Shown here piece after piece: positions 9,063 through 19,465 of a DNA stretch of 64,000 nt. The translations under genes and the position numbers were made by a program. The stretch covers positions 3,597,254 through 3,661,253 of the forward strand of contig OZ255836.1 of the NCBI GenBank assembly GCA_965277715.1, given 5' to 3'. The stretch comes from Gammaproteobacteria bacterium (GTDB lineage: Bacteria; Pseudomonadota; Gammaproteobacteria; JBCCGL01). Under the pieces are notes generated by a model that was given only the letters and a program-made list of their open reading frames with translations, did not search any database and had not been told where the DNA came from. Every line of letters starts with the position of its first letter. Position 1 is the first letter of the stretch.

Positions 9063-10388
9063 CTAAGCCTGGACGCTTGGGCTTGGGCGTTTTGGCCGCC
9101 GATGCCTCGGTTTGCCGCTGCGACCATCTTTACTGTTACGTGACCTGTCACCGCCTTTTTTAGATGGGTGGTCACGTCTTCGTTCGGTGAAGATGGGTTT
9201 GTCAAGCGCGACCAATAGCTCGTCAGTGATATCGCTAACAGTGATAGTGTGGCCAATATAAGTTTCGATTTCCGGTAGTGAAAAAGCGTATTCTTCGCAG
9301 GCAAAGCTGATTGCATCACCACTTTTACCGGCACGTGCCGTGCGCCCGATGCGGTGTACATAATCCTCTGCTTGTTGAGGCAGGTCATAATTAAATACAT
9401 GGCTGACTTCTGGTACATGCAGGCCGCGTGCCGCGACATCGGTGGCAATCAGTACGGGTAATCCGCCGCTTTGAAATTCTTCCAGTAGTTTTTGGCGTTT
9501 GCGTTGGGGTACGTCACCAGACAGGGTGGCGGCTTTAAATCCATTGCCGCGCAGGTAGGCAGTAATCTTCTCTGCACTGCGCTTTGTATTGACAAATATC
9601 ATCGAGCGCGGTGCCTGCAAGGCGCGCATCAAACCGACTAATAAGGGGATTTTTTCCTCACTGGCGGGGTGGTACAGGTACTGACGGACATTGTCAGCCG
9701 TAATATTGTCGGTTTCAACCACCAGCCGTTGTGGGTTGTTCATGTGTTCGTAGGCCAACTCCAACACGCGATGTGACAGCGTGGCCGAAAACAACATACT
9801 GAGTCGCTGGTTGGGCGGTGGCATGTGACGAAACAGGTAGCGGATATCGGCAATAAAACCGAGATCGAACATACGGTCAGCCTCATCCAGAATGGCTACT
9901 TGTAGTGCCTTGAGGTCAAACAACCTCTGTTTAAAATAATCGATCAGTCGACCCGGTGTACCGATTAATACATCGACGCCGGATTCGAGCATGGTGCGTT
10001 GTTGTTCGTAACCTGTACCACCGTAGACCAGCCCGATTTTTAGATTAGTGTGTCTACCCAATTGCCCGGCGTCTTTATGAATTTGGATTGCCAGCTCACG
10101 GGTAGGCGCTACAACCAGAGCGCGTGGTTGTTTGGCTAAACGGTGCTCACTGGCGGGGTGTTTATGCAGATGGGCAAAGGTTGCCAACAAAAATGCGGCT
10201 GTTTTGCCTGTGCCGGTCTGTGCCTGCCCCGCTACATCACTACCCTGTAGCGCAACAGGTAAGGCCAGCGCCTGGATTTCTGTGCAAAATGTGAAGCCAC
10301 AATCGTCCAGTGCGTGCAGCAGGGGTGCGTGCAAGTCCAGCGAAGCAAAAGAGGTAGAACTAAGGTGCGTGTCGCTCATGGGCGGCAA
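9063..10388 (-). CDS. rhlB: ATP-dependent RNA helicase RhlB (DEAD-box)
   Basis: Carries the Q-motif, AQTGTGKT, DEAD, SAT and HRIGRTAR motifs plus an Arg-rich C-terminal tail. It is divergent from trxA-rho, as in E. coli. Confidence 0.8.
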   Translation of the reverse strand: MPPMSDTHLSSTSFASLDLHAPLLHALDDCGFTFCTEIQALALPVALQGSDVAGQAQTGTGKTAAFLLATFAHLHKHPASEHRLAKQPRALVVAPTRELAIQIHKDAGQLGRHTNLKIGLVYGGTGYEQQRTMLESGVDVLIGTPGRLIDYFKQRLFDLKALQVAILDEADRMFDLGFIADIRYLFRHMPPPNQRLSMLFSATLSHRVLELAYEHMNNPQRLVVETDNITADNVRQYLYHPASEEKIPLLVGLMRALQAPRSMIFVNTKRSAEKITAYLRGNGFKAATLSGDVPQRKRQKLLEEFQSGGLPVLIATDVAARGLHVPEVSHVFNYDLPQQAEDYVHRIGRTARAGKSGDAISFACEEYAFSLPEIETYIGHTITVSDITDELLVALDKPIFTERRRDHPSKKGGDRSRNSKDGRSGKPRHRRPKRPSPSVQA

Positions 10389-10584
10389 GGATACAGTATT
10401 TCTATTGCCTCGTTTTATAAAATAGCGTGCTGGAAAAAACTGGAGGGGGGAGTTACGCGGAATGCGGAATTCGTGGCATAATTGCCATTTTGAAAGATTT
10501 GATGCTATAAGCAGCTGTTGTCAGCTTGCTTTCCCGATGCATTAAAGCCGATTTACGACGATTAATCACCTGAGGAAAATCATA

Positions 10585-10911
10585 GTGAGTGACCCTATAG
10601 TCGCTGTATCCGACGATAGTTTTGAGTCTGAAGTACTACAGTCTGATAAGCCTGTACTGGTAGATTACTGGGCCGAGTGGTGCGGCCCTTGCAAAATGAT
10701 AGCGCCGATTCTGGCAGAAATCGCACCGAACTACGCCGATAAGATCAAAATTGCCAAGCTTAATATTGATGATAACCCCAATACGCCACCAAAATATGGT
10801 ATCCGTGGCATCCCGACACTCATGCTGTTTAAAGGCGGGGCAGTGGATGCAACCAAGGTGGGCGCTTTATCGAAATCGCAATTGATGGCGTTTATTGACG
10901 AAAATATTTAG
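10585..10911 (+). CDS. trxA: thioredoxin 1
   Basis: A 108 aa protein with the [13 protein letters not shown] active site. Confidence 0.95.
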   Translation: MSDPIVAVSDDSFESEVLQSDKPVLVDYWAEWCGPCKMIAPILAEIAPNYADKIKIAKLNIDDNPNTPPKYGIRGIPTLMLFKGGAVDATKVGALSKSQLMAFIDENI

Positions 10912-10916
10912 CATCT

Positions 10917-10940
10917 CCAGAAGGCCCAACGGTCTTCTGG
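10917..10940 (+). terminator. stem-loop after trxA, possible terminator or attenuator at the start of the long rho leader
   Basis: CCAGAAGGCC-caac-GGTCTTCTGG forms a 10 bp stem with one G.U pair. Only TT follows, so the U-tract is weak. Confidence 0.3.
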
Positions 10941-11190
10941 TTGCAATTGGCAGCACAGATGTTATCTGAGTCGTTGAGGCCCAGTGTGTGGTTTTTAAAT
11001 AAAATGCCAAATAAAATGTGACAAGACTGGACGAACGGCAAATGCCGTGCTAAATTCAACGCAATCTCCAAACAAGTAGTTCTTTCCCGCACGCTCGGGA
11101 TTCCCAAACGATTAAGACACCCAGTATTCCTGAGCTATCTCACAGCTCTTACTGTTTCTTTGGTTTCACTCAGCACACTAACCTCAAAAC

Positions 11191-12447
11191 ATGAATCTAA
11201 CAGACCTGAAAAAGCAATCTGCGGCAGACCTTATCGGTGTTGCCCAATCTGTCGGCATTGAAAACGTCGCTCGATCACGCAAGCAAGATATTATCTTTTC
11301 TATCCTTAAGGCACAGGCCAAAAAAGGCGAGGATATTTTTGGTGGAGGGGTATTGGAAATTCTCCAGGACGGCTTTGGTTTTCTCCGTTCGGCAGACAGT
11401 TCCTACTTGGCCGGGCCGGATGATATCTATGTATCGCCCAGCCAGATTCGTCGCTTTAACTTGCGCACAGGCGATACGATTACAGGCAAAATTCGCCCCC
11501 CAAAAGACACCGAGCGTTATTTTGCGCTGCTCAAGGTGGATGAAATTAACTTCAGCCCACCAGAAAATACGCGCAACAAAGTGTTATTTGAGAATTTAAC
11601 ACCGCTACATGCCAATAGGCGCTTAAAAATGGAACGTGGCAATGGCAGTACGGAAGATATAACGGCGCGTATTATCGATATTGCGGCACCCATTGGTAAA
11701 GGGCAACGCGGGTTGATTGTTTCGCCGCCCAAAGCGGGTAAGACGCTGATGTTGCAGAATATCGCGCAAAGCATTTCGGCTAATCACCCCGAGTGTTACC
11801 TGATTGTTTTACTGATCGATGAACGACCGGAAGAGGTCACCGAAATGGAGCGTATGGTACAGGGAGAGGTTGTGTCGAGTACCTTTGATGAACCTGCCAG
11901 CCGCCATGTGCAGGTTGCTGAAATGGTTATCGAAAAAGCCAAGCGATTGGTCGAGCACAAGACGGATGTAATCATTCTGTTGGATTCGATTACGCGTTTG
12001 GCACGTGCTTATAATACGGTGGTGCCATCTTCAGGCAAGGTCCTGACCGGCGGGGTTGACGCCAATGCATTGCACCGACCCAAACGTTTTTTTGGGGCGG
12101 CACGCAATATTGAGGAAGGTGGTAGCCTGACAATTCTCGCTACAGCGTTGATTGATACAGGCTCTAAAATGGATGAAGTCATTTACGAGGAATTTAAAGG
12201 TACGGGTAATATGGAGCTGCACCTGGATCGGCGTATCGCCGAAAAACGCGTTTTCCCTGCCATCAATGTCAATCGTTCTGGCACCCGCCGTGAAGAGTTG
12301 ATTATGGATCAGGAAGAGTTGCAAAAGGTGTGGATTTTACGTAAGTTTCTACACCCGATGGATGAAATTGAGGCGGTGGAATTTTTGCTGGGTCGCTTGC
12401 AACAAACCAAAACCAATGACAATTTTTTTGAGGCGATGAAACGTTAA
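11191..12447 (+). CDS. rho: transcription termination factor Rho
   Basis: A 418 aa protein. It carries the N-terminal RNA-binding domain, the Walker A motif PPKAGKT, and Rho-specific loops. A 279 bp leader precedes it. Confidence 0.95.
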   Translation: MNLTDLKKQSAADLIGVAQSVGIENVARSRKQDIIFSILKAQAKKGEDIFGGGVLEILQDGFGFLRSADSSYLAGPDDIYVSPSQIRRFNLRTGDTITGKIRPPKDTERYFALLKVDEINFSPPENTRNKVLFENLTPLHANRRLKMERGNGSTEDITARIIDIAAPIGKGQRGLIVSPPKAGKTLMLQNIAQSISANHPECYLIVLLIDERPEEVTEMERMVQGEVVSSTFDEPASRHVQVAEMVIEKAKRLVEHKTDVIILLDSITRLARAYNTVVPSSGKVLTGGVDANALHRPKRFFGAARNIEEGGSLTILATALIDTGSKMDEVIYEEFKGTGNMELHLDRRIAEKRVFPAINVNRSGTRREELIMDQEELQKVWILRKFLHPMDEIEAVEFLLGRLQQTKTNDNFFEAMKR

Positions 12448-12511
12448 ATGAAAATCGCACTCTCCACAGGGTAAACAACAGGATTAAGTATATAACGCCA
12501 TTGAGCAAGCA

Positions 12512-14803
12512 ATGTTTAAGTCAGCCCTTCTTTTTGTACTTTCACTCTTTCTGGCCAGCCAGGCCATTGCTGTTGGTCGTGTTCTTGCACCGGCGGTTGA
12601 TCCTGAATCGACAGGCATCAGCAGTGTTGCCGATATAGAGGCCGATGTACTACTCGACCTCAAACCGGATGAAGTCGATGAGTTCCTCGCACCGCTCTCA
12701 GACCAGCAATCGCGGCAACTGTTGATCCATTACCTCAGGCAGGTAACAGACAAGGCGCAAATTGAAAAAGTCGAGGTGACCGAGAGCAGCGTCGCCGGGT
12801 TTTTACAGGCGATACAAAACCGTGCTGTAGAAATTGCCAGTGCTACAGATGCCCATCGCCAGGCACTGAACGAACTCGGTGATTCTCTTATCTATATTTT
12901 TCGCAATCTCACTGATTTGCGCGGTGCACCGGCGATGTGGGAAGGGTTGCTGGCGTTTGCGGTTATGTTGTTGGTTGGGGGCGTCGCTGTGGTGGTGTTT
13001 GCCCGGATCAGTGTAAAAATCCAGCAGCGACTGACGCTGGATGCCGACGCCGACATAGTATTGCGTTTGTTATGTGTTGTATTTCACCTGCTTATTGATT
13101 TCGTGAAAGTAGTGCTGTTTACCGCCTGTGCCTACGGCATTTCGTTTGTGTTTTTTGAACGTTTTGACCCTATGCGCTATTTTGCCATCACCTATTTATC
13201 GGTGATTGTTGTGGTTTGGATGACCTGGATCGTGTCACGGTTTTTGTTCTCCCCCAACAATAGCAACACCCGACTGATCGGAATGCCTGACACCGATGCC
13301 AAGTCCACACACCGCTGGATTGTGTTGCTCACGGCTGTGTCCAGTACCGTATTTCTTACCAGCGGTTTATTAACTATTCTCGGTTTTAAGGCCGAGCTAC
13401 TACGACTGTATATTATTGCTGGTGGTGCGATTGTCATTGTCCTGTTATTGGTCTGGGGTTGGCGGAAACACCTGCGCGTTAGTGAGGCGATGATAGCTAG
13501 AATGAACCCGCATTCAGCGGGCTACCGCCTGCGCCTTTCCATCGCGCAGAGTTGGCATATTATTGCCACGGTTTATCTGGTGGGCCTGTGGTGGGTATGG
13601 GCGAGCAATGTATTACTCCAGTGGCAGCAGCAGGCGCAGGCGGCTGTGTACAGCTTATTGGTATTATTTGTATTGCCATTTGCCGATTATTTTTTTGCGG
13701 CGTTGATGCGGTTGCTGCTGAACAACAAATCACGCGAACCAGAGGCACAGGCACGCATGAGTGATTTTGTGCAGATTTTACAGCGCTCGCTGCGGCTGGT
13801 GTTGATTGTCCTCGCTTTGGTGATATTGTCCAGTGCGTGGAGCAGTGACCTGTATGCGATGGCGCAAACGGAAACGGGCAGTATATTGTTAAATTCAGGG
13901 TTGAATATTGGGGTCACCTTGTTACTGGCGTTTATCGCCTGGGAAGCGGTAAAGATCTTTATCGATCCCCACCTTCCAGAAAAACCCAGTGAAGGGGTGC
14001 TGGATCTCGAAGGGGACGGCGGTGGTGTTGGTGGTACGCGATCAGAGACACTCCTACCACTGTTTCGTACATTTATTTGTATTGTGTTGGTAGTTTCAGT
14101 GGTGATGATTGTCTTGTCCTCTCTGGGAGCTGATATTGCCCCATTGTTGGCAGGTGCCGGTGTGATTGGTCTTGCGATTGGTTTTGGTGCACAAAAGTTG
14201 GTGCAGGATATTATTTCCGGCATCTTCTTTTTGGTCGACGATGCGTTCCGCATTGGAGAGTATGTTGAGGCGGGTACGTTGCGTGGTACGGTCGAGTTTA
14301 TTTCGCTGCGTTCGATGAAACTGCGTCATCACCTCGGTATGGTACAGACAATCCCATTTGGTGAGATTACAGCCATTGTCAACCACAGCCGCGACTGGAT
14401 TATTATGAAGCTGGAATTTCGTATGGCTTACGACACCAATATCGAAAAGGTGCGCAAGCTTATCAAAAAAGTAGGGCAGGATATGCAAAAAGACCCACTT
14501 TTCAGCGAGCATATGTTGCAACCGTTGAAATCACAAGGCGTGCTGCGTATCGAAGAGTCAACCTTGATTATGCGCATGAAATTTACATCCGTTCCAGGCC
14601 AGCAGTGGGTGATGCGGCGTGAGGCATATCGCCGTGTTCAAGAAGCTTTTCGCGAAAACAATATTGAATTTGCACACCGCAAAGTATTGGTAGAGGCAGC
14701 GCCGGGAACTACCATTTCCCATGATGAGTTGATGCGTGCAGGTGCGGCCATTGCGGAACAGGATGAGTCATCGTCCAAACCAAAATCGAGTGATGATCGA
14801 TAA
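12512..14803 (+). CDS. mechanosensitive ion channel family protein (MscS domain, YbiO/MscK-like) with N-terminal signal peptide
   Basis: A 763 aa protein with a signal peptide and about 11 transmembrane segments. The MscS pore and beta-domain motifs GIFFLVDDAFRIGEYVE...GTVEFISLRSMKLRH are present. Confidence 0.8.
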   Translation: MFKSALLFVLSLFLASQAIAVGRVLAPAVDPESTGISSVADIEADVLLDLKPDEVDEFLAPLSDQQSRQLLIHYLRQVTDKAQIEKVEVTESSVAGFLQAIQNRAVEIASATDAHRQALNELGDSLIYIFRNLTDLRGAPAMWEGLLAFAVMLLVGGVAVVVFARISVKIQQRLTLDADADIVLRLLCVVFHLLIDFVKVVLFTACAYGISFVFFERFDPMRYFAITYLSVIVVVWMTWIVSRFLFSPNNSNTRLIGMPDTDAKSTHRWIVLLTAVSSTVFLTSGLLTILGFKAELLRLYIIAGGAIVIVLLLVWGWRKHLRVSEAMIARMNPHSAGYRLRLSIAQSWHIIATVYLVGLWWVWASNVLLQWQQQAQAAVYSLLVLFVLPFADYFFAALMRLLLNNKSREPEAQARMSDFVQILQRSLRLVLIVLALVILSSAWSSDLYAMAQTETGSILLNSGLNIGVTLLLAFIAWEAVKIFIDPHLPEKPSEGVLDLEGDGGGVGGTRSETLLPLFRTFICIVLVVSVVMIVLSSLGADIAPLLAGAGVIGLAIGFGAQKLVQDIISGIFFLVDDAFRIGEYVEAGTLRGTVEFISLRSMKLRHHLGMVQTIPFGEITAIVNHSRDWIIMKLEFRMAYDTNIEKVRKLIKKVGQDMQKDPLFSEHMLQPLKSQGVLRIEESTLIMRMKFTSVPGQQWVMRREAYRRVQEAFRENNIEFAHRKVLVEAAPGTTISHDELMRAGAAIAEQDESSSKPKSSDDR

Positions 14804-14848
14804 ATCAATAGATGCCGTGCCACTATCTATAGTGGAATGGTGCCCTCC

Positions 14849-16132
14849 TTACTCCCGGGCAATTGCCCGGTAGCCAATATCACGCCGGTAATACGCGCCT
14901 TCCCATTCGATTTTTTCGACGTTTTGGTGTGCCGTTTGCTGCGCTTCCTGAACTGAGTTGCCAAGGGCTGCCACACACAATACACGCCCGCCCGCAGTGA
15001 TTATGTCACCCATGGGATTTATCGCTGTACCGGCATGAAAAACCTTTACATCGTGGTTATCGATACCTGACAACCCTGAGATATGGTGGCCTTTTGCATA
15101 TTCTTCCGGGTAGCCGTCGGCGGCCATGACGACACCCAGCGCGCTGCGGTTATCCCAATCGGCATCGACCTGATCCAGCTTTTGGTTACATGCGGCAAGG
15201 CACATTGCCACCAAATCACCTTTTAACCGCAACATTATCGCTTGCGTTTCCGGGTCACCAAAGCGCACATTAAATTCGAGCACGCGAGCCGTTCCCTCTT
15301 TACTTATCATTACCCCTGCATATAAAAAGCCGGTAAATGGTGTACCGTCTGCCGCCATACCATCGACTGTTGGGTGAATAATTTTCTGCATAATCTGCTG
15401 ATGCAGGGAAGCATCGATAATAGGTGCGGGCGAATAGGCGCCCATGCCGCCCGTATTGGGTCCCTTGTCGCCTTCATCGCGTGCCTTGTGATCCTGAGAG
15501 GTCGCCATTGGCAGAATATTTTTGCCATCGACCATACAAATAAAGCTCGCTTCCTCACCGTCGAGAAAAGCCTCAATTACCACTCTGTGGCCCGCCTCTC
15601 CAAAGGCATTACCTGCCAACATATTATTGATGGCTGCCGCTGCCTGTGTGTGTGTATTGGCGATAACCACACCTTTCCCGGCGGCCAGGCCATCGGCTTT
15701 GACAACGATGGGTGTATCCATGTGTTGAGCGTATTCAATGGCAGCTTGCGCCTGGGTAAACGACTGGTAGGTTGCCGTGGGGATAGTGTGGCGAATTAAA
15801 AATTCCTTGCTGAAGGTTTTACTGCCTTCAAGCTGGGCCGCCGCCGCTGTGGGGCCAAAAATTGTCAGGCCTGCTGCCTGAAACGTATCGACGATGCCCG
15901 CAACCAGTGGCACTTCAGGGCCAACTATTGTCAACGCGATGGTTTTTTCCAGTGCAAAGTGCAGCAGTGATTCAATGTCTTCAGCTTGAATGGGCACATT
16001 ATGAATGTGGGGTTCTTCAGCAGTGCCGGCATTGCCGGGGGCGACGTATACGCATTCAACACCAGCGCCTTGAACCGCTTTCCAGGCTAACGCGTGCTCC
16101 CGTCCACCGCCACCAACAATCAGCACTCTCAT
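14849..16132 (-). CDS. purD: phosphoribosylamine--glycine ligase
   Basis: [18 protein letters not shown] is the GARS N-terminus, followed by ATP-grasp motifs. The start was set at the ATG (16130-16132), which has a GGAGAG SD; the longer ORF extends to 16234. Confidence 0.9.
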   Translation of the reverse strand: MRVLIVGGGGREHALAWKAVQGAGVECVYVAPGNAGTAEEPHIHNVPIQAEDIESLLHFALEKTIALTIVGPEVPLVAGIVDTFQAAGLTIFGPTAAAAQLEGSKTFSKEFLIRHTIPTATYQSFTQAQAAIEYAQHMDTPIVVKADGLAAGKGVVIANTHTQAAAAINNMLAGNAFGEAGHRVVIEAFLDGEEASFICMVDGKNILPMATSQDHKARDEGDKGPNTGGMGAYSPAPIIDASLHQQIMQKIIHPTVDGMAADGTPFTGFLYAGVMISKEGTARVLEFNVRFGDPETQAIMLRLKGDLVAMCLAACNQKLDQVDADWDNRSALGVVMAADGYPEEYAKGHHISGLSGIDNHDVKVFHAGTAINPMGDIITAGGRVLCVAALGNSVQEAQQTAHQNVEKIEWEGAYYRRDIGYRAIARE

Positions 16133-16230
16133 AACACTCTCCAAAAAAAGTTGTAATTTTACGTGTAGAGTGGATTGTATTGCATATAAAAGAGGCGGAC
16201 CTGACTGTCTGCCAATGATGGAGGATTTGT

Positions 16231-16267
16231 TCAAAGTGTTTGTGACATCCTTGTCACAAGCCTCCTT
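16231..16267 (-). promoter_or_regulatory. purD leader module copy 1: SD (AAGGAGG), hairpin UUGUGACA-AGGA-UGUCACAA enclosing a 5-codon uORF (MSQTL)
   Basis: On the minus strand the AUG of the uORF sits in the 3' half of a perfect 8 bp stem. It lies 100-140 nt upstream of the purD AUG. An anti-SD sequence CCUCC follows downstream. Confidence 0.4.
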
Positions 16268-16584
16268 AGTGGCTAAATCTCCTTGTGTCTTTCGTAGACA
16301 TGTTTATACCTTTACACCGATCCTTGTGTAGTACGTCCCAGTGGTTTGAAATATATAGCAGTGTTATGACTAACTCTGTGAGAGTTTACGTATTTATTTG
16401 GGTATTATTACCATTTTGAATTTCACACTGCAGTGTGGTTGTGTTCCGATAAAATACAGTTGGGCGAAAAAATACCTTAAGTATCTGATATAGTTGGTAA
16501 AAAACTGAAATTAATGACAGCTAAAAAGAAGCAAAAAAGCACCAAAAATGTAGGAAAAACTGTTTCGGTCGATTGAGTTGGTGA

Positions 16585-16728
16585 TTAAATTTTTTTAAAT
16601 CTATCGCCTTGTTTGTTTTTGTCAGGCAACAGCATTTTCCTGAACGACTGGGTAGTGTGTAGCGTTAGTTGGTCGATTGGGGTGTAATGCGGGTTGAGCA
16701 AGTGCGACATCCTTGTCGCGGCCTCCTC
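16585..16728 (-). other. paralogous leader module copy 2 with a 41-codon small ORF (MSHLLNPHYTPIDQLTLHTTQSFRKMLLPDKNKQGDRFKKI)
   Basis: It has the same SD-hairpin-AUG architecture: GAGGAGG, then GCGACA-AGGA-UGUCGC. The stem carries compensatory substitutions relative to copy 1. Confidence 0.35.
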
Positions 16729-16889
16729 TAGTGGCTCTAATCCATCTTGGAGCTCTTCCCTGCGGGCTGCAGTTCCGGGGTGCGGCCCGTATCCATTAGC
16801 TGTTAGATTAGGTGTATATCTTTTAACGCTCAGTGAACTAATACACAAATTACCTGTGAAAAAATACCAAAATGGATAATTATTATAAT

Positions 16890-17555
16890 TTAGTAGCTTA
16901 TGAGGGAATCGGGCAATGTCTTTTCAATGCAAATTGTTTTTTTACCGACAGAAATATATTTTTTGTGGCCGAGTTCCCGTAGAATTTTGCTTACTGCTTC
17001 TCTGGATGAACCCACTCGATCAGCAATTACCTGATGGGTTAGGCGTTTGGTATACCACTTGTTCTTCTCTTCATAGGCATCTTTCATCAATACACGCCGT
17101 ACCCTGCCGTAAACGTTGAGCAGTGCAAAGCTGCTGACTTCATCACTAAGTGACACTACGCGTTCAATCAATAACTTGATGATATGCTGGGATATTTGCG
17201 GGTAGCGCGACATGCAATTGAGAAAATCGTTTTTTGAAATAACCGAGAAGCAACTGTTTTCCAGCGTAATGACACTGGCTGAACGACGCTGATTACTCAA
17301 CAGTGCAAGCTCACCAAATGAGTCACCGGGGTATAGCGTGTTTAAGGTCACTTCGCGACCCTCCTCATCGCTTATGTAGACGCGCACTGAACCACGGGTA
17401 ATAACGTATAAGGAGTCCGTCTCATCACCCTGGGTGACTACAACTGAGTGTTTTTTGTAGCTACGGATGGTAGCTACGGCTTCCAGCATATTTAGATCTT
17501 CTGATCCAAGATCACTCAACAACGCAATATTTTTCAAACCATAAGAAGGCGACAT
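16890..17555 (-). CDS. Crp/Fnr family transcriptional regulator (cNMP-binding domain plus C-terminal HTH; no Fnr Cys cluster)
   Basis: The cNMP-binding signature GDSFGELALL and an HTH resembling the CRP helix (SREAVSKILRELG) are present. The start was chosen at MSPSYG. Confidence 0.75.
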   Translation of the reverse strand: MSPSYGLKNIALLSDLGSEDLNMLEAVATIRSYKKHSVVVTQGDETDSLYVITRGSVRVYISDEEGREVTLNTLYPGDSFGELALLSNQRRSASVITLENSCFSVISKNDFLNCMSRYPQISQHIIKLLIERVVSLSDEVSSFALLNVYGRVRRVLMKDAYEEKNKWYTKRLTHQVIADRVGSSREAVSKILRELGHKKYISVGKKTICIEKTLPDSLISY

Positions 17556-18005
17556 CGACTCTCCTAAGCAGTAAACCCCAATGCACGCGACTGAGTAACA
17601 CAGAACTACCATCAGCTTCAAGTTAGCAGCGCATTAGGATGAATATTTCCCCTAAAGGTGTGATTGACCTGATTAATCTATTGTATCGATTCTTTCTATA
17701 TACCGGGGTAGATTTTATTGGAGCGATACCTTACCTCAATTGAGGGCGAGAAAAAATAACTAATCTTTTCCAATACGGGGTGACACCTTATGAAAAAATT
17801 CGCTTTTTGCACAGCCCAGGCCAATACTTGGTGCCGGGTATTACACTGAAACAATTGGATGCATTTACGCATCAAATAACAGACAATGAAACCGCTGATC
17901 AATTGAATTCAGCAAAAGATAAGCGCTCTCAAAAACAGTTTGATCGCAGAATCAAACCCACTATCTTTCAGGTTCCTTTCTGAATTGGACAAAACGGGTA
18001 CTTAA

Positions 18006-18587
18006 ATGCAAAAGACCTATCTCAGTGCACAGGGATTACTTGAAGACTCATTTCGCCTCGGCGCGCAGGTTTACAAAAGTGGTTTTCGCCCCAGCGTAAT
18101 TATTGCCATCTGGCGGGGTGGCACACCTATTGGTATTGCAGTGCAGGAGCTATTTGCCTATATGGGCACTGAAACTGATCATATAGCCATTCGCACGTCA
18201 TCGTATGGCAGTGGAATCGATGAGCGCTCTACATCGATCCGTATCCACGGGATGAATTATCTGTTTAAAAATATCAACTACGATGATCGCCTGTTAATCG
18301 TCGATGATGTATTCGATACCGGGCACACTATCAACGCCGTGATCGCCTATATGCACGAGAAAGCACGCTTAAACACACCAAAAGATATTCGTGTGGCGGT
18401 GCCGTATTACAAGCCCGATCGCAATGAGACTGATCGTGTGCCCGATTACTACCTGCATGAAACCAGCGAGTGGTTGAAATTTCCGCATTCGCTGGAAGGC
18501 TTGAGCGAAGCGGAAATTGTTGAACACCGCCCTGAAATACACGCTATCGTAAGCGTTGGTTACCGCAGTGCAGGGAACACTGATTGA
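18006..18587 (+). CDS. purine phosphoribosyltransferase (Gpt/HGPRT-like type I PRTase)
   Basis: The PRPP-binding motif LLIVDDVFDTGHT is present, and IIAIWRGGTPIG resembles E. coli Gpt. Confidence 0.6.
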   Translation: MQKTYLSAQGLLEDSFRLGAQVYKSGFRPSVIIAIWRGGTPIGIAVQELFAYMGTETDHIAIRTSSYGSGIDERSTSIRIHGMNYLFKNINYDDRLLIVDDVFDTGHTINAVIAYMHEKARLNTPKDIRVAVPYYKPDRNETDRVPDYYLHETSEWLKFPHSLEGLSEAEIVEHRPEIHAIVSVGYRSAGNTD

Positions 18588-19465
18588 AAAACCTGTCACC
18601 CCACGCGAAAGGTGTCATTGTTACCGGCCTTGGCGTATTAGTTGTATCCCCTGATGGTCTGCTTGCGCGGCTAATTCAGACCGATTTATGGACGATGATT
18701 TTCTGGCGGGCGCTGTTTCTGGGTATTGGTCTGGCGGTTGTTGTTGCGGTTTTGTTTCGCGGTGAATTTCTGGCCCGTTACCGGGCGATTGGCTGGCCGG
18801 GTCTGTGGATGGCGTTATCACATGTTATTGGCATGACGGCATTTATGACGGCAGTGACAACCACCTCGGTTGCCAACACCCTATTAATATTGGCTACTAC
18901 GCCACTATTTGCCGCATTGATTAGCTGGGTGGCGATGCGCGAAGCCATGCCACTGCGCACCTGGCTGGCGATTGGTTTGGTTGCTATTGGCATTGCTGTT
19001 ATCAGCTCCGGTGGCGATGTCAATAATGCATCGTTAACGGGTGACCTGGCGGCATTGTTGGGCGCTTTTATGCTGGGGCTTGGCTTTACGATAACCCGTC
19101 GTTACCGTGATCGCTCAATGATACCGGCGCTATCCCTGGGTGGATTTTTTTCAGCACTCATCATTTTTCCTCTGGCAACTCCCGTTGCCGTGTCGGTAGT
19201 GGATGTGGGTTATCTACTGTTGATGGGGTTGTTTATGCTGCCTTTGGGCATGACTATGATGTATTTTGGTCCGCGCTATGTTCCCGCCGCTGAAGTGGGG
19301 TTGATGATGTTATTGGAATCTGTCGTTGGCCCATTTTGGGTGTGGTGGGCGTTGGGTGAGAACCCAGGGGTGCGCACCTTTATTGGGGGAGGGATTATTT
19401 TGTCTGCACTGGTGGTTAATTTGTTGTGGGCGTTAAATGTGCAGCGTCGGCTCTCAGTCGGATGA
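18584..19465 (+). CDS. EamA/DMT family transporter (10 TMS)
   Basis: Two EamA-like repeats of hydrophobic helices. The ATG overlaps the PRTase stop (ATGA). Confidence 0.75.
   Translation: MKNLSPHAKGVIVTGLGVLVVSPDGLLARLIQTDLWTMIFWRALFLGIGLAVVVAVLFRGEFLARYRAIGWPGLWMALSHVIGMTAFMTAVTTTSVANTLLILATTPLFAALISWVAMREAMPLRTWLAIGLVAIGIAVISSGGDVNNASLTGDLAALLGAFMLGLGFTITRRYRDRSMIPALSLGGFFSALIIFPLATPVAVSVVDVGYLLLMGLFMLPLGMTMMYFGPRYVPAAEVGLMMLLESVVGPFWVWWALGENPGVRTFIGGGIILSALVVNLLWALNVQRRLSVG

Noticed and set aside
13687-14253. A 188 aa minus-strand ORF inside the MscS-family gene.
   Set aside because: It is antisense to a gene with clear MscS motifs and is a low-complexity S/T/P-rich translation.
16240-16259. 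The TTGTGACA-TCCT-TGTCACAA palindrome could be a CRP/FNR-type operator for the adjacent Crp-family regulator.
   Set aside because: The half-site spacing is N8, not N6 or N4. The paralogous copy changes the critical TGTGA to TGCGA while preserving base pairing. This favours RNA structure over protein recognition.
16133-16330. Considered a ZTP (pfl) riboswitch or PurR box in the purD leader.
   Set aside because: Neither the conserved GGGUCGUGAC/ACCGGGG/CCGCCUGGGC pfl elements nor an ACGCAAACGTTTGCGT-like PurR box is present.
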